Positions 41,721 through 56,329 of a stretch of 64,000 bases of DNA are shown here, one piece after another. The stretch covers positions 19,017,432 through 19,081,431 of the forward strand of contig NC_092679.1 of NCBI RefSeq assembly GCF_964355755.1, written 5' to 3'. How positions within the stretch are numbered: the stretch's first letter is position 1; the number at the start of each line of letters is the position of its first letter. The DNA is from Antedon mediterranea. Taxonomy: Eukaryota; Animalia; Echinodermata. The notes beneath the pieces are model-generated. The model searched no databases and was not told where the DNA came from. It saw only the letters and a list, made by a program, of their open reading frames with translations. The position numbers and the translations under genes were made by a program.

Positions 41721-44700
41721 TTAGTAGTCATCTACAAACCGCTCTGGCAGAATGTCTAAGGAAAATATATCCGCCAAATAAATCATGAACAGCCCAAGCC
41801 AAGACATACACGAAATCCAAGACATAGCCTGAAAAGGAACAGAATTATATGTATAAAGTCAGTTTTAGCTATATCAGAACGAAAACGAACGACGTCAAGA
41901 ATAGCGTTGGTTTATGCGCATGCGTACTCATATTCTATCATTATTTATTTCGGTATTATAAAAACCATACAAACATCAGCATTTTTAAAGACTGAAAACG
42001 TTTGTTAAACATAAAAACAAATCATGAAAGTTCGCGCGAACCTAAAAAAACTGGTTTAAACTCGTTTGATACATGTTTTCAGAAAATAAGACTAATATAA
42101 AATATATATAATATAAAAGTTCATCTTTTAGTTTGTTTGTTTCACTCTCTATTGTTTTTCAGTACCTGGGCAGTTCGTAAAAGTGGTATGAAACTTATTC
42201 CCAGATTGTCTACATCCGCTTGCCAGATTCCAGGAGCTTCGAAATCTTTGCAGGTTCTGAAAAGAAATTCACAAAAATGTGTAAACACCAACATTTTATT
42301 TTAATCCAAAGTTCTATTCGATACGATAACACGGAACATCGAACAAAAGGTATGATTTTAAGTATTTATCCCACACATATCACAGCTCCCACCCGGCCAC
42401 AGAATTTTCTGTAAAATTAGAAATTGCAGTGTGTTGTGAGGAGCGCAGTGAGCAGAAACAAATAATTTAAGCTGTGATTCCAGCCACCAGGTGTCTAGTA
42501 GATTTCGAGGCAGCTAGCTTTAACAGATTAATGGATGGCGTCATGCGTTAGTTTCGTAGTTGTTTGTTTTCACACATCATTGTTATAGCTTTGAATATGT
42601 ATGTCCTTTTAGTTTAGGACATGTTGTTTCTGTGATTAAAATATTGAATTCTTGCATCTTTATTTATTTCTTGCGTTTGCCTAAAATAGATAAATTTAAC
42701 TTGCTTGATATTTTAAACATTGAATTCTTACGGATGAGATGGTAGCTCTACTTTGAGTAATCCATTACAGAGTTTGTGGTAGGCTGCGAGTAAAATGCAA
42801 GCCGATGCCAGTGACAGTAAACAGTAGATGATGGATGTCATGCCTAGCACATAAACACCCCTGCAAAAGAAAATAGCAAATATTATGCTTAAATGGATTT
42901 GGCTAGTCTAAAAATAATATGTACCGATTAACTCTCGTTCATTTCATATGTTCACAGGAGATTGCATGCCTCCTTAAAGCTTGGTTCCCACTAGGACGCA
43001 ACGCAAGGACGTATAAACGCAACGCAAGCGTGTTAACCACCAATGACAAGCGACAGTTCGAATAATCTATCGCTAGTGAATGGTCAACTCACTTACGTTG
43101 CGTTAACGTCTTTGTGTTGCGTCTCTAGTGGGAACCAAGCTTTACGTTGCGTCACGTCTTTGTGTTGCGTCTCTAGTGGGAACCAAGCTTTACGTTGCGT
43201 CACGTCTTTGTGTTGCGTCTCTAGTGGGAACCAAGCTTTATATAAATGGCATAAAGGAAAAGGGGGTCGGGGGTTATACTGTATATCCAAAACATTGTTA
43301 TTGTTTAGTATTTTATCCTATGTGAATTAATCTAGAAAACCTTGATTTACTCACCGGCTATATTCATATTCTCTACTCAGTCTGATGATGGTATAGACAA
43401 ACCAAATAACACTGATAGAGCAAGCCCAGTATTCGTATTTGACTATAAAAAAACAAGTTGACGGCGTGTCTAACACCATGACACAATGTTCTTTCTTCTC
43501 CCCATTGGCATCCTCACATTGGTATTTAGGGTCATCCCAAACAACATCAGATAAAATGATACAACTGTTAAATTTCGACTTTAAAAGATAGAAAAACAAT
43601 GTGTAATAAAAACCAGATTTCGAAGAAATAGCATGGTTTCTGTCAAATAATAATTATCTGCCGATTTTCCTTCCGATCTCCATAATGATGTCCAGACTTT
43701 AATCTAACCTCAACAAGTTCTAGACTGATCTTTAAAAAATAATAGAAGTAGCCGACTGGCTTTTTTGCGTTGGGCTTTACAAAATAAATAAAAACTCGAA
43801 CCCATAACATCGGCAAGGGTTCGAGACTCACTTGCTCCATGGTTCGGGTAGAAGAACGAGTCTTCTCGCGGATAAGGACTATAAACCATAGGTTCAGTGT
43901 ACACATCTAACTCATGTGTACTTTAAAGAACCTAGTGCATCTCTCGAGACGAGTAGGGGGTTACCCAGTGTACTAGTACATCACAGCCACTGATCATAAC
44001 TGGGCCCTATGGGAGACCATCCTTTGACTGAAGAGGTCACCCAGTATAAATAAATAAACTGGAATTAATGAATGAATAGTATATATTGGTTAACTTCCAA
44101 AAAAAAATAATGAATTCAATTACTGGTATGATGAATTTCAATTTAAACATTTCGCAAATGGTTAGAATTTGCGCAATCTGCACAACAAGTAAATGTAATT
44201 TCACGCAAGACAACTTGTTTCTCCAGCATAAACTGAGATATTATTTATTTGCACTGTTGGTATTTCAATTCAAACACAGTTGCATCTAGACTTCCTTTTC
44301 GATGTTTTCTTCTAAGTTGATATTATATTTATAAAAATGTATTTCACGAATGTATATTACAAAACATGGTACCACAATGAAAGGAAAAACAGTGTTTAAA
44401 CTGTAAACGTACTTTTCTAACCACCTTCGTGCTATTATTTTATAAACATGTTCAATGAATAAACATCCCTGGTGTTTATATATTTAGGATTTGGTATTTA
44501 GATACTACCAACTTGGTGTTCAGATATTGAACAGTTGGTGTTTAGTATTAAACATTTGGTGTTTAGATATTATGCAGTTAAACATTTGGTGCTTCGACAT
44601 TAAACAGTTGGTGTTTAGATATGAAACAGTTAACCATTTTGTGTTTCGATATTAAACAGTTAAACATTTGGTGTTTCAATACTAAACATTTGGTGTTTCA

Positions 44701-45264
44701 ATATTAACCATTTGGTGTTTAGGCCTAGATATTAAACAGTTAGTATTTAGATATTAAACGTTTGGTGTTTAGATTCGATACTAAAACAGTTGATATCTAA
44801 ATATTCTGTGTGTGTGTCATTTTAATGTTTAAAAACATGTTTATAAATGGTTGCAAGAAAGTACGTTGGAAAAGTGTTCATAGTTTAAACATTGGTTATA
44901 GAGTGGAGTTTTATTTTTGACTATACTTACTGTATGTACCCTAGTCCTATTAATTTCAATCACTAGTAGAAAATGTTTCAGTCGAGACTACTATCTGTAC
45001 TGATAAAATTGTTTCTCTATATATAGACATTTTATATAGATATCTTCAGAATAAATGCGCATCCGTTTGCCTGTATATCATGCACATGCAGAATCGCATT
45101 CAATATTTTGCTCTTGTTTACCAATTATAGATATCTATAAAAAGTTGTGTAGGCCTACTTACCTCCAGTGCTGTCATGGTACCAATAACTGTAATGCCAG
45201 AGCTGAAGGCAACGATTAAGAGTCCAAGACGGATACAATTGTATACAGACTCTTTTTCTGCCAT
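41721..45264 (-). CDS. TMEM179-like four-TM protein, copy A (217 aa)
   Basis: Exons 45264-45163, 43578-43355, 42860-42732, 42256-42166, 41828-41721; four hydrophobic segments, Cys-rich loop, F..LLRTAQ..SW.SC.SW end as in the TMEM179 family. Confidence 0.8.
42977..43239. mobile_element. AAGCTTGGTTCCCACTAG-family MITE with triplicated right end (3 x 48 bp)
   Basis: Left TIR at 42977; TTACGTTGCGTCACGTCTTTGTGTTGCGTCTCTAGTGGGAACCAAGCT repeated three times. Confidence 0.85.
43800..44058 (+). mobile_element. 5'-truncated copy of the Deu-type SINE
   Basis: Colinear with 19045-19290; B box GGTTCGAGAC; ends in TATAAATAAATAAA. Confidence 0.75.
44390..44892. mobile_element. Inverted-repeat element with internal ~20-bp tandem array
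   Basis: Degenerate inverted flanks (TGTTTAAACT...TATAAACATGTT / AACATGTTTATA...AGTTTAAACA) around AAACATTTGGTGTTTAGATATT repeats. Confidence 0.6.
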
Positions 45265-46491
45265 GTTTTTAGCCGCGTATTTTTAACTAGTTTGAAAAGC
45301 TTCCTCAAACAAGTGATTAAAAGCGATTGGAATTCGTATCATTGCACATCCATATTACGTAAGCCCATCCTTGCGCAAACCAACCATACTAATTCCGCTC
45401 ATGCGCATGTTTTGTTTCGTTTCAGAAGAAATGATCAGGCTGATCTAGGTTTCGCTTTATGGTTGTGTTCTGACAGCATTAGCGAAATGAAGTCGTGTAT
45501 CAAGTACTGTACATAATTGTAACTTGATGTCTCTGACTTTTTTTCTTTAGTTTTGTGGGCCATCGTTTTCATGGTTCTCTAACTAGGCCTACTAGTTATT
45601 TGCAATTGAGGTGTACGTCTGTTTCATTGTCTTTAGCTTTGGTCACAAGAAATAGAAATTAACTGACATCAATTTAATTGTCACATCATACATTTATTTT
45701 TTAAGTACTGTGTTTAACAATAAAAAGGTTGTAACTATTTACTATAGGCCTAACAATGCTTCAAAAACAAGTTTACAATGCAGTACCAGTTAAAACTTGT
45801 ACGACACCGTAAAGCTAAAAGATGTATTGTCCCTTGAAACACAAAAAAATGAAGGTCAAAATATTCTAAATTTAAAGTAGCCATATCAAAGTAATATTAA
45901 AGTTATTCACTTTAAGTCGAAAATTCGAGCTAAAAACAACAAGTTTACGTAATTAACAGGTAAATTAGTTTGATTACATTTTATCTGGAAAATCGTCGCG
46001 AGCGAAAGTAAACAAAGATTTCAAACCATGATGAGTACGCATTATGCATATGCTAATTAGGATTTTGTTTACAACTCGTCACGGTTGAGAAGGTATTTTC
46101 ACACAGATCATAAGGAATTTTTATGATTATGCATACAGAGTAGCCAAACAAGCGCGTTTCATTATGGGATATGTTTTGATCGAAAACTTTGACTGGAAGT
46201 CAAAGTTATTTTTTTAACAAAAAAACGTCTGTATTTCAGTTAAATGATTTTTTTTTTCGAAAAATTTTTGGTGAAAGTTAATAATTATTATGATACTTCA
46301 AAATTAGCCACCTTTTTCCGAAATCTTTTATTTTTTATTTTTTTAGAATTAGTCAAAGGGACAATACATCTTTAACGATTGCCTTGGATAAAGTGACTGA
46401 ATTCGATTAGGTATAATTAATTACCTTCATCTACTCGGTAGATAGAATAATACATTGTTTACGGTATTACTCCTCCATTTTTAGTATTGGA

Positions 46492-48745
46492 TCATATGTC
46501 CGCCATGTAGATAATAGACAGGCCAAGCCAAGAAATACTCGATATCCAAGACATAACCTAAAAAGAAAGCCAAACATATACAACTATAGTAACGAATGAG
46601 TCTGAGGGGGAAAAATGGGTAATTTAAGATAAATAGGTCTACCTATAATTTATGAAAATCTTGCCGCAAAAGCAATCGCCACATCAAATTTTAAAAATGT
46701 ATTGTCCCCTATGAAAAAATAATTCTTACAGTTTTTTTTAATAATAGTTAGATAAAACAAAATATTTACCTGTAATTAATTAGGCCTACTAGCAAATTAA
46801 TTTTTGGTTGAATTTAACCATTTATTTTGTCATTTTAAAAGTGAAAACATTATTTTTGGGGTTTTTTTTGTCACTGAAGAGATATTAAAACTACAAAATA
46901 ACCTATCTAAAGTCTTATTTAATTAATCTTCATTTTTCATGTTTTTGGGGAACAAATATGCCCTACATCTTTAATTTGTAATGTACTGACTAATAATAGG
47001 TAACGATTTATAAGTTAGATTTTACTAGTTATTTGTGTTTTGTTTATTTCTTCCAGTACCTGGGCACTACGTAGAAGAGGTATGAAGATAAACACGCCTA
47101 GACTGTCTACATCCAGTTGCCAGATACCAGGAACTTCGAAATCTTTACAAGTTCTAAAAAAGTAATTTGGAAAGACTGGACAATCTTATTCAGTCAAACA
47201 TTTCTATCGGATATGATATAATTATACAAGTTTCACAAAAAAATCGAGCCAATATGAAGGTGTGACTTGGGTTGGGTATTTACCCTCACAAACCACAGCT
47301 CGCGCGGTTACATTTTACCGTAATTAACTGGTGTTTAGTCGCATGCGTGCAACTCGACTCTACAGCTCGCTATGTCGGTCGGTCGGTTGGTCGGTAAACA
47401 TTATCTCGAGCAGCTAACTGCAGCCATGTACTCTATATGGCCTTGTTACAATGTATAAAGTGTTGGTAGTTTCGTGTTTCTACTGTATTTCATTGTAAAT
47501 TTACAAATTGTGTTCTTTACAAGTTCCTTGTGTTTATTCATTAGATATGATTGATGAATTATTTGATGTATTGCAAATATTTAATTCTTACGGGTTTGAT
47601 GGTAGGTCTACTTTGAGTAATTCGTTGCATAGTTTGTTGTAGGCAGCGACTAAAATACAAGATGATGCCAGTGAAAGCAAACAATCGATGACTGATGTTA
47701 TTGCGATCACATACACAAACCTGAAATAGTAAAATACTATTATTCATCTATTCTATTGCAAAAAATAGATAGTGTTTCAGTATAATGAACTCCGTCAACA
47801 TACGGGTACTCGTCGACAGACGGCACTTCTCAAACAGAAGATGGCACTCGCCGCCAATAGCCGGAACTCGTCACAGACGACACTCAACAGACCATATTCG
47901 TCAACTTATCGAATAACTTGTTAAAGACAGATAGTACTCGTCAACGGGCGGCAATCGTTCATTCTCGTAAGAAATTCAAATTTTAAAAACTGTATTACTC
48001 ACCGGCGATCATGTTCTGTTTTTAGTTTGATTGTATAGACAAACAAAACAACGCTGACAAAGCAAGCCCAGTATTCGTAATTGACTATAAAGGAACAAGT
48101 TGACGGCGTATCTAACACCATGACACAATGTTCTTCCTTCTCTCCATTGCCATTTACACAAAGGTATTTAGGATCATCCCAAACAACGTCAGATAAAATG
48201 ATACAACTCTCGAATGTCGCCTTTAAAAAAGTTAGAAAAATAAAATTCCCAACAATATATTTCTCTACCCAGCAATGTTTTTATAGAGTTTTCTCTCCGG
48301 AAAAAAAAACTAATCAGGCAAGATACGTGAGTAATCTACGTATGTTTGGTTACTTCTATTTTAGTTATTTTCGCATATCATGCTGTTTTATTTGAAAAAT
48401 AGGCAATGTCTCTTTTAGAAATTAATGAGATTTAGAAGATATTAGGTAACGTTTCTATGCCTAGATGTTTCTATTATTGTGGTTTATTAATTTACTTTAA
48501 TGTTACTTCTGTTTCACATAGTGTCTATATCGTAGTGGAAATATCTATTTGAAACTAGACAGACTAATGTTTAGCTTCACAGAATGTCTCTTCGCCGTTC
48601 CCCGTTCATTTATCTATCAATACCTGATTATTTCTATTCCTACCTCCAGTGCTGACATGATACCAATAACTGTAATACCAGAACCAAAGGTAACAATTAC
48701 GAATCCAAGACTGATGAAATTGTAAATTGATTCTTTTTCTGTCAT
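46492..48745 (-). CDS. TMEM179-like four-TM protein, copy B (202 aa)
   Basis: Exons 48745-48644, 48220-48003, 47720-47592, 47153-47060, 46557-46492; intact paralog of copy A with a shorter C-tail. Confidence 0.8.
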
Positions 48746-49533
48746 GGTTGATCTCAATCGTGTTTTCAACAATTTGGAATAAAACCTCATGATTAGGATA
48801 AAGTGATCGGTGAGGTAACGTAACTGCTAGCCAACCAAATTGCATTTAATTTACGCAATATACCACAACATACATTCCTATGTTACATACCGGTAAACTA
48901 TTGTTCGACCAATTACAACCATTCACATTTTCCAGGATTATCGGTATAATAATGCGGCGAAACATAAATTTGAAAAAAAAGCTCATTTCAATGAACTTTA
49001 GAAAGAAAGTGCATTGTTCCTTCCCTCGCTTTCCCTAAAATAATGTAAACTTAGAATATAATCATGTTATTAGTCAGTTTAGTTTTGATGTAGTTTCAGT
49101 TTTAAGTGAGTGACTTTATGAGGAATATTATTTTGTATTTAACTTTATCGCACCTGTGAATGTGTGCTAAACATCGGTCAGTTGGTATTGAGATATTCTA
49201 GCATTTACTGAGTATTGTCACAGAACTCTTACTAACGTTCTCCCTCTCAACTTAGTAATCACAATATCAAGACATACGGTTTGTTATAAATTGCCAGACA
49301 CTGGTTGTGTCTGAAGACAAGCAAAGCTACCAAACTTTCCTCTGATCTTGTCCAACGCTCTGTTTCATTTTAAATACCGCTACCATATATCTTTCTAATC
49401 TTGACAGTTTCTGAGATCTCTACGTGACATTGTGACATTTTGGGTGTCATTTGACAACAATAAAATCACTACTAAACAACTTTTTGATCTCATCCCCTTT
49501 TGAGTCTTCGAGTATTCTGAGTTCTTTCCGACC

Positions 49534-51871
49534 ATGGATGTACGAAACAATAATATCTTACGATACTTCAAACATGCTTTAATCGTAATGGCATTTATCT
49601 CTGGTCTTTCAGTAATTTCAATCATATTAACATTAAAGGTAAGAAATAAGTTAATTTAAGAATAATATTTGAATTAAAAATTAATTCAATATCTTTTCTT
49701 TTGGTTACCCTAAGAAAGCAATAGGCCTATACACTCTTTTTTGTGGTTGGTGTTTTTCTTATAAGATAGGGATTTTACTAATTTTCAAACCAGTTTCTTA
49801 CAAACGTGTTAACTATTTTCTAATAATAATAATATTTTACTATAAAATTGATTCATCTTTTACGTTTTTTTTAGAGAAAACTTTACATAAATGGTCCTGT
49901 AGCATCGCTTATTTTAAGACTTTCATTCTGCTTTACCGCTGGCGAATAATAAGTTATTGTTGTTGCGAATGTTTTAACAAATAAAATGTTACACCGCTAC
50001 ATTCTCCACTCCCAAAGACTTGTAATAAGACTTTGTTTATGTAGAGCATCTTGAGTATATGTTTGTCTTGTGAACCTCTGAGGGTCCCTAATGATCAGCA
50101 ATAGCTGGATGGATCACCCTCATTAAATATGGTTTAAAAAAAAAACAAAAAAACAAAACCGGAGGTACCCTTTTGCTATAGAATGATGAATCCTATTAAC
50201 TCATTTTTTTATCTTATTAAAGGCAAAAAACGAAGGGGATTGTATTGTATTGGCTAAAGTTGAGTGGACATCGAAATCTAAAGTGTACTATTATCATCTT
50301 GACACTTCATCTTCGAGCTGTTCATTTATTATGTTGTATCAAGGCATAGCATGTGCTGTGTGTTTAGGCTATTGCGTGTATGTTATCTTTTCGAGGACAG
50401 AAAATGTAAACCCAAGGTGAATCATTTTTCGATAGTCGCCCTACCATTTCCAAAACTTCTTTTTTTTCTAAAGATAATTATCTTCTCCGTGTAAGCCAAC
50501 AATCGGCGTATTAGGTTAAGTGGGTTCACTTTGGACCGTCCTAAATGAGATTGAAATGGAGTGTTGCCAGATTGTGTTATAAACCTTTCGGATGTAGGCT
50601 TACTACTACCTTTTATTTTTTATAATTAAATATAATATGTGATTTAAGTAACTTGATAATATAAATTAACAAATGAAATCCATGTATTTATCCTTTTTTT
50701 TCACTAGGATTTTACCGTGGTTTACAATTGAGTGCATCATTGCGGCCTTGTTCTCGCTCATATGTGCAATTATTTTTCATATTGGTCTCCATAAATTATG
50801 TAACGGATTTTTGGAGAAAAATAAAGGGTGAGATCTTTTAAAGTATTAATTGATATAGGTTTTACCTGAAACAACAATCTGAAGTGTTAATAAGGAAAGC
50901 AAGGTCATGATTAATACTAAAGAAACAAGGTGATACGAGTTGCATGTGGTTTCTTTAACGGGGAAAAAGGTGATGATACGGTGTATCAATTCCGTCACTA
51001 TTCCCTTAATTGTAGTCTACAGTTATGATACGTTATGATAGCACTAAATTGATATTGACGATAAATAAATGTAATGAATGTAAAAATAAAGAAAATGATC
51101 TCTGCTTTTTCTTTTAGTTATACATGTGAAGAGTTCGAATCTTTTTACGATGGTGACAAATTCATAAGCCTTTTCAAAGGCGCTCAGGTATCAGCATCTT
51201 AAATTTCTACATTAGTCGTTTTTAAATAAAAAATAAAACAGCAGATACAAATTCGCCCCTACAGTGGTTAACAGAAAAACAAAAAGAAACAATTATACAA
51301 TCTCGAAAACACTTACACTACGATGAAGGTTTAGAATAAACGATACCAATAAAGGGATGGGCCTGAACTAAATTATTATTAAGATAAATTTAATTTTGCA
51401 TTCTTTTTACTCATCTCATGCATTTTTGTCTTGGTGAATTTTTATATTCCTCCCCTCTCCCCTTTTATATTCCATCCCCTCTCTACCCAACACGAACACG
51501 AGCTTTACAAAATAATGACAACTGTCAAAAGTACGTTTTTAATCAATTTTCGTCTTTTTATTGTCATTTTGTTACTTATTTTATATATTTAAATAACTTT
51601 TTTTTAAATGTAATATAACGAATGCAAATATGGTTTTAAAAACATCAATCATTTTATGTATAGACTAAAAAAAACTGACAGAGAAGATCATGCAAAATGT
51701 ACAACATTTAACTTAAGATAACATATTTTCCTTAAAACTTATCAATATTATATAATTATTTTATATCTTTATTATTTGTGTCATTGTTTATAGGTAGCCT
51801 CGTGGATGTCGTGCGTTTCCTGGGCCGCCATGGCTATTGTCTTGTTTGTTAAAATAAAATGTTCCAGTTAA
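49534..51871 (+). CDS. TMEM179-like four-TM protein, copy C (188 aa)
   Basis: Exons 49534-49638, 50223-50416, 50708-50827, 51118-51187, 51794-51871; same intron phases (0,2,2,0); GLHKLCNGF, FISLFKGAQVASWMSCVSW. Confidence 0.8.
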
Positions 51872-52599
51872 GAAGAAGATTGAATTTAAGGAACTCATTA
51901 CAAACAATACGTGCGCTAGTTGGCAATAATAACCTGAATAATTTCATCCAAATTTATGTATTATTTTCATAAAAATATAAATTACATGGTTTCATTTTTG
52001 TTCCGGAGATCACAGGTATTATATCACAATTTAACAATACAATATCAAAAAAGCAGAAATTAGGTTAGACTATTGCATAATATAATTTTGTTTTCTTCGT
52101 TACAAAAGTCGATCAGCAATTGTTAATCCCATTTTCTAAAAATAACGACCATTTTAAAAATAATGGAGAAATTGAATGCCATTGATTTTCAGGAAAACCA
52201 CAACCTATGTTATTATTAAGATTTTTTAGCAAATGTGTGTTGAAAACCACCGAACCGTTGTTACAATCATTGTGATGATATAGATCTTGTTGAGTCGCTG
52301 ATATAAGAATAAATATTTTGGCACACATGGCGTGTCATACGTATAATACTGTTATATTGAGCTCGCGTAGTTGCTAAAATTACGATGGGACAAGTCTTAG
52401 ACTAGCTAAACAGAGTTAAGTGGATGTGTTTAAAACTTTCCACAAATCTACCTGTATGTTTAACACATCAAGATTTGATTTGATTTGAATTAATATTCAG
52501 ATATATGTGGTAAACAAAAACTGGTAATTTTTGACATCTTGTTCTTCACAATATTTCGTATTACTGGTTTCGTTTTCCCGCGATCATCCATTTTCTAGA

Positions 52600-55500
52600 A
52601 TGAGTTTCAGAAAAGATATGTTACGATACGGCACTCTTGTAATTCTAGCGGTCATATTCATCGCAGGACTTTCTGTAATTATTATCACAGCAGAAATAAA
52701 AGTAAGTAACGTAGGCAACAAAGTTAAGTAGGCCTATGATATCATTTTTTTATTTCTAAGCTAGCAACAACAGGCCTTATTTTCATACTGGTATTGGTTC
52801 CAAAAAATAGTCTGCTAGGTGAAGGCAATCTTACCTTATGTAGGTTAGAATTTATTATTTAGCAATCTTTCTTGTTTGGGTTTCTATTCTAACTTTGTAA
52901 AATAGGTTTGTAGGCCTATGTTCTGCCTGATCGATGCCATTGTAGGCTACTTCGGCTACTGTATAAACTAACTATAGGGCCTAAAGGCTATGGGCTTTGC
53001 AAATCCTTGTTGTACCAGGGAGATGTCTCCCTGGTTGTAAAGTGCGGTAATAAACTGCTGCATGTAAATGAAAGTAAAACAGATGCTGAGGAATTTCCGG
53101 GGGAATTTCCCGCATAGTCAACATACCGGCGGACGTTTTATCATATTACTACTATTATAATTCGGGTTATTATATACCATGGAGGAAAAATCCTCCGTGT
53201 ATACATATGACAAATTATGAGGCCTAATAACAATTTTTTGGTAGGCATATTATAAAAAATCGATTAGTTAGGCCTAATGTAGCATCGCTCATTTTATTTC
53301 ACAATGCTTATTCTCCTCTACCGCTTTTAAAAAAAAGAAGAAGCCTGGGGTAGTACATTATCAATGTTGTTTCCTAGGTTCCTATAGTAAACAATATAAC
53401 AAACAAGTTAATATTAAAAATTACTATTTTCACCTATATTTTAAGTACGACGGGGAATGTATGGTTTCGGCTGTTGTTGAGTGGAAGTCATCCAAAGGAA
53501 GTTCAGTGAACATTTACGTTCTTAATACTTCATCCGCAAGCTGCTCATTCATTATGGGGTACCATGGCCTAGCTGTAGCTGTATGTTTTGTCTTTTTTAT
53601 ATATTTCATCTTGTTGCTGAGGAAAGTAATCGTAAACCCACGGTAAATTTACTTTTGTTTACCTTTTCCTGAAGATAGTAATATTGAGGTTTGATATGGG
53701 TGAGAATTATATCCGTAAAAACAATGTTTTTTTTTAATCGCCGTGCCGTATATCGTCAATTATTAGGTCTTCAATGAACAACTTGCTATAAATTTGACCA
53801 AGGCAATCAAACAACATGACTGCTGTGGAGCTAGCTCTGGAGATCAAAGGGTTTCATCTGTGGCTGCGATACGATCAGTTCCTCTAACAGACACCGCGCG
53901 TCGCAGAGAATAATATGTAGATACCGTAGCGTTGGTATGTCGCAGCCAGACAAGATCAAAGGACTGTTATGAGTTCCTATACTCGAGCTCAGTGTCATGT
54001 TGTTAGATTGGCTTGCTTCTACCCAGGACCGTATACAGCCCAAAACTTGACCTAGCCAGGATTGGAGTTTCGTACTTATTTTTATTGTCGAGGTTCAGTA
54101 AAGAAAAATAATTGTAGAAGAATTTGCAATAATTGAATGCGTCACATTGACTGCTATCGTTATATTTTCTGTCTTCAGGTTTTTGCCGTGGTTTGCATTA
54201 CTTTGCATTATTGCGGCCGTTTTCTCGCTCGTGTGTGTGATGGTTCTTTATATTGGTCTCAGTAACTTATGTGACGGATTTCTGGAACGATACGAAGGGT
54301 AAGTTAATGTTTCTTTGCAAAATTTATTTATTTGCATTTATTTTTTCGTAAACTTCCTCTTTCCAAAGGAGTCACAATGTTTATCACATATCTTAACCTA
54401 ACAAGTAAAGTGAATACCGTATAATATCAGGTTCTTAAACGAAAATTATTATTTTTTAGTTACACAACATGTGAGGCGTTTGAATCTTCTTACCATTACG
54501 ATCGCAAAGGTTTCACCGGACTTTTCAAAGGCGCTCAGGTAGTCATATTTTCAAAAATATAATGGTTGAACCTTTTAATTTGCAAAAAGTCATATAAGTA
54601 TTGTTATATACGGTACACAACGCCATTGAACAACAACCAATAGATGCACTATATTATTTTCCACTGATTTCAATAAATTTAAATGCAACATACGTGTATA
54701 GCGTATAATATATGAATGGAAGGAGGTCACAGTAAGTTAATTTAAGTCGTAATCCGCGTATCAGTATAATAATAGAGAGGTTTCGCAATCTTACGAATAC
54801 GATAACGAAAACGGATACGTCACCGACACGTATTCGTTTTCGTAAGCCATAAAAAAATCTGTTTCGCATGGCAACGAAATATTGAGGCGCGTCCAAAATA
54901 TGACTGCGGTAAATTTGAGCGAAGCGCAGGTACGTGTTGCTTGGCTGCCTATGCCTAGCGTAACATCAAAGCGAGTGAGGACTTTAAAAACTGCTGTTTA
55001 TCAAAATTGACCTGGCATTTTAGTAAATTACTTTATAATTACTTTCAATAAATCTATAATTATATTATAATCATGAATCATTCCTAATTCAAATGCAAAA
55101 TGTGCAAAATAGATCAAATTTGTAGTTACGAATATGACTGGTGATATTCGGCAACACGAATACGATTTACGAATATGAAATGGGGATCAGCTCAAAAGTT
55201 TCACAAATGTATGACGTATCCGTTTTCGTTATCGTATTCGTAAGGTTGCGAAACCTCCCTATTGTTGGACGTTATTTGCATTTTATCAAACAAATACTGA
55301 TTACAAAGAATGGAGAATATAACAGTTGGTTGTACGGCTGATACTGTATGTATTTTAGTATATTTGCCTTTACATTATTGTAACGATTAGGCATTCTACT
55401 ATCTATACACTTTTCATGTTTATCGATTACGTTACGGTGGCCTACTGTTAAATAGGCCTATCTATCGATCCTATAGCCTACGCACGAACTAATGATGATG

Positions 55501-55772
55501 ATCAAATAAAGATCGAAACGTTGAATAATGGCTTACCTCTCGTTATTTGGAGTCAGTTTTATATTACAATACAAGCTATTTAACAAAGTGCCGATAATTA
55601 TTAAAAATATATTTTGTGTTTTTTAATTTGTATTTTTTTTTTAAATCTCATTTAGATTGCGTCGTGGTTATCGTGTGTTTTCTGGGCCGTAATGGCGTTG
55701 ATGCTGTTTGCTCAAAGAAAGTCATTCCGGATCAGAAGATCTTTGAGAGTTGAAAATTCCATCCAAACATAG
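52600..55772 (+). CDS. TMEM179-like four-TM protein, copy D (204 aa)
   Basis: Exons 52600-52701, 53446-53642, 54179-54298, 54460-54538, 55656-55772; open frame, GT-AG. Confidence 0.8.
54771..55263. mobile_element. MITE with ~52-bp TIRs in TMEM179-like D intron 4 (duplicated at ~62786-63278)
   Basis: AATAGAGAGGTTTCGCAATCTTACGAATACGATAACGAAAACGGATACGTCA and its reverse complement at 55212-55263. Confidence 0.85.
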
Positions 55773-56329
55773 GCCCCCTAATAATATTTTATTTGCGTTT
55801 TTATATGCGTTTTGTGTAGCGGGTCCGTTAAAACTGTTAAACTTTGTGTTGATTGTGATTGGGTCGCATTCATTTGTATTCGCTACGTTTAAATCCGGGT
55901 TTATATCACGTGAAACGACGTTTGAGGCAGAGTAACTACTATTAATACGAACTATACGACGTCTTATCAGATAATATGATGCCTAAAGTAACATTTTTCT
56001 GAAGATGTATAGTATTGTGAAAACCTCGACTTATAAGTTTTGGTTTGATAGATTAGGCCTATAACTCGCAGTTCGTTTCCACAATGAAAATATTTTATAT
56101 ATTCCTCAGAAAGTTTATTGTGAAATAAAAAAAACGGCGGGTGCGTTCTAAAGAAATCATACTGATTAACATGGTATGACATGCTGTTAATATTGCAAGT
56201 TGAGGGCACTATATAACAAAAGCAAAATATATATATGTATGTATAATAGGGGTCAATGGTTCACGCACATACGAATACATGAACGGGAGACATTGTATTT
56301 AGAGGCCGCATAGGAACATTAATGTAATT

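Noticed and set aside
43043-43330. Repetitive-peptide ORFs
   Set aside because: Translations of the triplicated MITE end.
51418-51618. 66-aa ORF identical at 59416-59616 (and similar paired ORFs at 53831, 54654, 55141)
   Set aside because: Intronic or MITE-derived; the identity reflects the recent segmental duplication, not coding constraint.
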